Source of the DNA: Nitrospirae bacterium CG02_land_8_20_14_3_00_41_53
GTDB lineage: Bacteria; Nitrospirota; Thermodesulfovibrionia; Thermodesulfovibrionales; SM23-35
DNA: 64,000 bases
Reading direction: 5' to 3'
Assembly (NCBI GenBank): GCA_002780895.1
Contig: PEUB01000036.1
Coordinates: 5,547 to 69,546 of the forward strand
Shown here: positions 61,499-64,000 of the stretch, piece after piece
Position numbering within the stretch: position 1 is the stretch's first letter
Layout of the letters: the number at the start of each line of letters is the position of its first letter
Program-made: the position numbers and the translations under genes
Notes under the pieces: generated by a model
The model's input: the letters and a program-made list of their open reading frames with translations, nothing else
Database searches by the model: none
Told to the model about the DNA's origin: nothing

Positions 61499-63160
61499 AT
61501 GAAAAAAGAACTCGTAAAAGTAATTGAGGATTCACTTAAAGCACTCGGTCTGGAGACAATCCCTTCTATTGAGGCAGAAGTTCCACCTAACGATTCTATG
61601 GGCGATTTGGCAACGCCTGTAGCAATGTCCATAGCGGCATTACTAAAAAAATCTCCGAGAAAGATAGCAGAAGAACTTATAAATTCCATTAAAGACTTGT
61701 CTGCAAAGGCAGGTAAATCTGCCTTTGAGAAGATAGATATTGCAGGTCCTGGATTCATTAACTTTACATTCTCAAAAGAATATCTGTATTCAGAGATTAA
61801 GAAATTAATTGAGTATAAAAGCGGATTTTTGAGGGAGGATATTGGTAAAGGCAGAAGGGTCCAGATTGAATTCATTAGTGCAAATCCGACAGGCCCGCTC
61901 CATCTTGGACATGGAAGGGGTGGTGCTACAGGTGAAGCCCTCTCAAATCTTCTTAATGCTGCAGGATATAAGGTTGAGCGTGAGTATTATATAAACGATG
62001 CAGGTAAGCAGGTAAAACTCCTCGGTTTATCCGTATTTGCCCGCTATCAGCAATTGCTTGGGATAGAATATCCGTTTCCAGAGGAAGGGTATAAAGGTGG
62101 ATATATAGAGGATGTCGCAAATGAGATAATTAAAGAAAATGGCAAAAAATTCCTTCAGAGAAGCTTTGAAGCAGTATCAGATTTCTTCATTGATTATTCT
62201 TACAGGATGATTTTGTCCGGTATAAAAAAAGATTTAAAGGATTTTGGTATTAATTTTGATACATGGCAGAGTGAAGAAGAACTATACAAAAAAGGAGATG
62301 TAGAAGAAGCTATTGAAGATCTCAAAATAAAGGGTTTTATATATGAAAAAGATGGTGCAACATGGTTCAGATCAACAGCATTTGGAGATGACAAAGACAG
62401 GGTTATTATAAAACAGGATGGCGAGTATACATATTTCACTTCTGACATCGCATACCATAAGAAGAAAATAGAGAAGACATATGATGAGCTAATTGATATA
62501 TGGGGCGCTGACCACCATGGTTATATCCCAAGGGTTAAGGCTGTCATTGAGGCACTGGGCTATCCAAAAGAGAAATTAAAGGTTTTACTTGTACAGATGG
62601 TTAATCTGCTGAGAGGCGGGAAACCTGTCCAGATGTCAAAAAGGGCAGGTGAGTTCGTAACGTTGAGAGAGGTTATGAATGAAGTTGGTCCAGATACAAC
62701 AAAATTTATATTCCTTACAAGAAGACCTGACAGCCATCTCGATTTTGACCTTGAAGTTGCAAAAGCACAGTCATCAGAAAACCCTGTTTTTTATGTACAA
62801 TATGCAAATGCAAGGATAAACAGCATATTTACCCATGCAAAAGAAAAAGGTATCAATACAGACAGGCTTTATGATGCAGACCTCATGCTATTATCTGTTT
62901 ATGATGAACTCAGGATAATCAGGAAGCTCCTTATCTATCCGATGGTATTTGAAGGCGCTGTCAATACCTATGAGCCGCACAGGATTACATTCTACCTGCA
63001 AGAAATTTCTGGCATGTTTCATCCTTACTACAATAAATTCAGGGTTGTAAGCGATGATATTGAACTGACCAGGGCAAGACTTGCTCTGTGTGGAGCTATA
63101 AGGATTGTACTCCAGGATGGTCTTGAGATACTCGGTATAAGTGCCCCCGAGAAGATGTGA
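61499..63160 (+). CDS. argS: Arginyl-tRNA synthetase
   Basis: 553 aa with SANPTGPLHLGHGR (HIGH), an MSKR-type loop (QMSKRAG) and a C-terminal DALR anticodon-binding domain ending in M. Confidence 0.95.
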   Translation: MKKELVKVIEDSLKALGLETIPSIEAEVPPNDSMGDLATPVAMSIAALLKKSPRKIAEELINSIKDLSAKAGKSAFEKIDIAGPGFINFTFSKEYLYSEIKKLIEYKSGFLREDIGKGRRVQIEFISANPTGPLHLGHGRGGATGEALSNLLNAAGYKVEREYYINDAGKQVKLLGLSVFARYQQLLGIEYPFPEEGYKGGYIEDVANEIIKENGKKFLQRSFEAVSDFFIDYSYRMILSGIKKDLKDFGINFDTWQSEEELYKKGDVEEAIEDLKIKGFIYEKDGATWFRSTAFGDDKDRVIIKQDGEYTYFTSDIAYHKKKIEKTYDELIDIWGADHHGYIPRVKAVIEALGYPKEKLKVLLVQMVNLLRGGKPVQMSKRAGEFVTLREVMNEVGPDTTKFIFLTRRPDSHLDFDLEVAKAQSSENPVFYVQYANARINSIFTHAKEKGINTDRLYDADLMLLSVYDELRIIRKLLIYPMVFEGAVNTYEPHRITFYLQEISGMFHPYYNKFRVVSDDIELTRARLALCGAIRIVLQDGLEILGISAPEKM

Positions 63161-63190
63161 TTGACTTTGCATATGATGTATTGGTATAAA
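63161..63190 (+). promoter_or_regulatory. Candidate promoter giving a near-leaderless ilvE transcript
   Basis: TTGACT (63161..63166) directly after the argS stop, 18 nt, then TATAAA (63185..63190). The ATG at 63200 is 9 nt downstream and has no SD. Confidence 0.35.
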
Positions 63191-63199
63191 TAAAATTCT

Positions 63200-64000
63200 A
63201 TGATACCAAAGACAGAAAAGATATGGATGGATGGTAAGTTTGTAAGCTGGGACAATGCTACTGTACATATCCTTACCCATACCCTCCACTACGGTCTCGG
63301 GGTTTTTGAAGGAATAAGATGCTATGAAACCAGGGAAGGCACTGCAATATTCAGGCTTAATGAGCATATTGACAGACTTTTTAACTCAGCACATATATTC
63401 TTGATGGATATACCTTATTCAAAGGTAGAGATCAGGGATGCAATAATCAAAACAATCAGGGTAAATAAGATTAAGGAATGCTATATCAGGCCGCTTGTTT
63501 ATATAGGCTATGGTGCTATGGGCCTCTATCCAAAGGAAAATCCTATTAACGTCTCTATTGCAGTGTGGTCGTGGGGATCCTACCTCGGAGACAAAGGGCT
63601 TAAAGATGGTATTAGAATCAAGACCTCATCCTTTATAAAGAATCATGTAAATGCAAACATGGCAAGGGGTAAGGTCTGTGGATATTATGTAAATTCACAG
63701 CTTGCAAAAAAAGAGGCGATTTCATGTGGATATGATGAGGCCCTTTTGCTTGATACAGAAGGGTATGTGTCTGAGGGAAGTGGTGAGAATATCTTTATAG
63801 TAAGGAACGGGATATTAAAGACCACGCCTCTTACCTCAATACTTGAAGGGATAACAAGAAACAGCATTATTAACATAGCAAATGATGAAGGAATCAAAGT
63901 TGCTGAGGAAAGGTTCACAAGAGACGAACTTTACATTGCAGATGAGTCATTCTTTACAGGTACAGCTGCAGAGGTTACTCCTATAAGAGAGGCTGATGGA
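63200..64000 (+). CDS. ilvE: Branched-chain amino acid aminotransferase, 5' part (continues off the window)
   Basis: Not in the ORF track because it is open at the window end. [42 protein letters not shown]... and later LEGITRNS are class IV aminotransferase signatures. Confidence 0.9.
   Translation, partial: MIPKTEKIWMDGKFVSWDNATVHILTHTLHYGLGVFEGIRCYETREGTAIFRLNEHIDRLFNSAHIFLMDIPYSKVEIRDAIIKTIRVNKIKECYIRPLVYIGYGAMGLYPKENPINVSIAVWSWGSYLGDKGLKDGIRIKTSSFIKNHVNANMARGKVCGYYVNSQLAKKEAISCGYDEALLLDTEGYVSEGSGENIFIVRNGILKTTPLTSILEGITRNSIINIANDEGIKVAEERFTRDELYIADESFFTGTAAEVTPIREADG

Overview
A moderately AT-rich bacterial chromosomal window. Most of it is housekeeping genes on the minus strand: lepA, thiL, lon, galU, panB, recG, nusA, rimP, ybeY, phoH, queA, queH, ruvCAB, gmhA, argH, nadC, valS, rsmI and nadE. 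The plus strand carries argS and the start of ilvE. The main metabolic feature is a plus-strand operon at 22.6-38.1 kb. It encodes the carbonyl branch of the Wood-Ljungdahl pathway (acsE-acsD-acsC-acsB-cooS/acsA) and runs directly into a NuoE/NuoF/NuoG-like (HydABC/HylABC-type) flavin/FeS module. That module has two tandem NuoF paralogs, one of them fused to a CBS pair, and no hydrogenase or formate dehydrogenase partner. The second striking property is a very high load of small repeats. These include GC-rich nested palindromes, GTCAT...ATGAC inverted-repeat hairpin elements, TGTAGCCGC hairpin elements and arrays phased on a 7-nt unit. Many sit in-frame inside conserved genes: valS has five inserts, hemW-like has four, and thiL, ybeY, ruvC and the NuoF-2 C-terminus are also affected. 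Some supply start codons or a signal peptide. An IS200/RAYT-type tyrosine transposase flanked by perfect 24-bp inverted REP-like hairpins lies at 60.5-61.2 kb. Three conserved genes (acsD, phoH, valS) appear to need near-cognate start codons (ACG, ACG, ATT), each 5 nt after a Shine-Dalgarno motif. Three plus-strand genes look leaderless. There is one tRNA-Leu(UAA); I found no rRNA, CRISPR array or prophage. Lineage cannot be fixed without database searches. Gene content suggests an anaerobe, possibly Nitrospirota- or Deltaproteobacteria-like.
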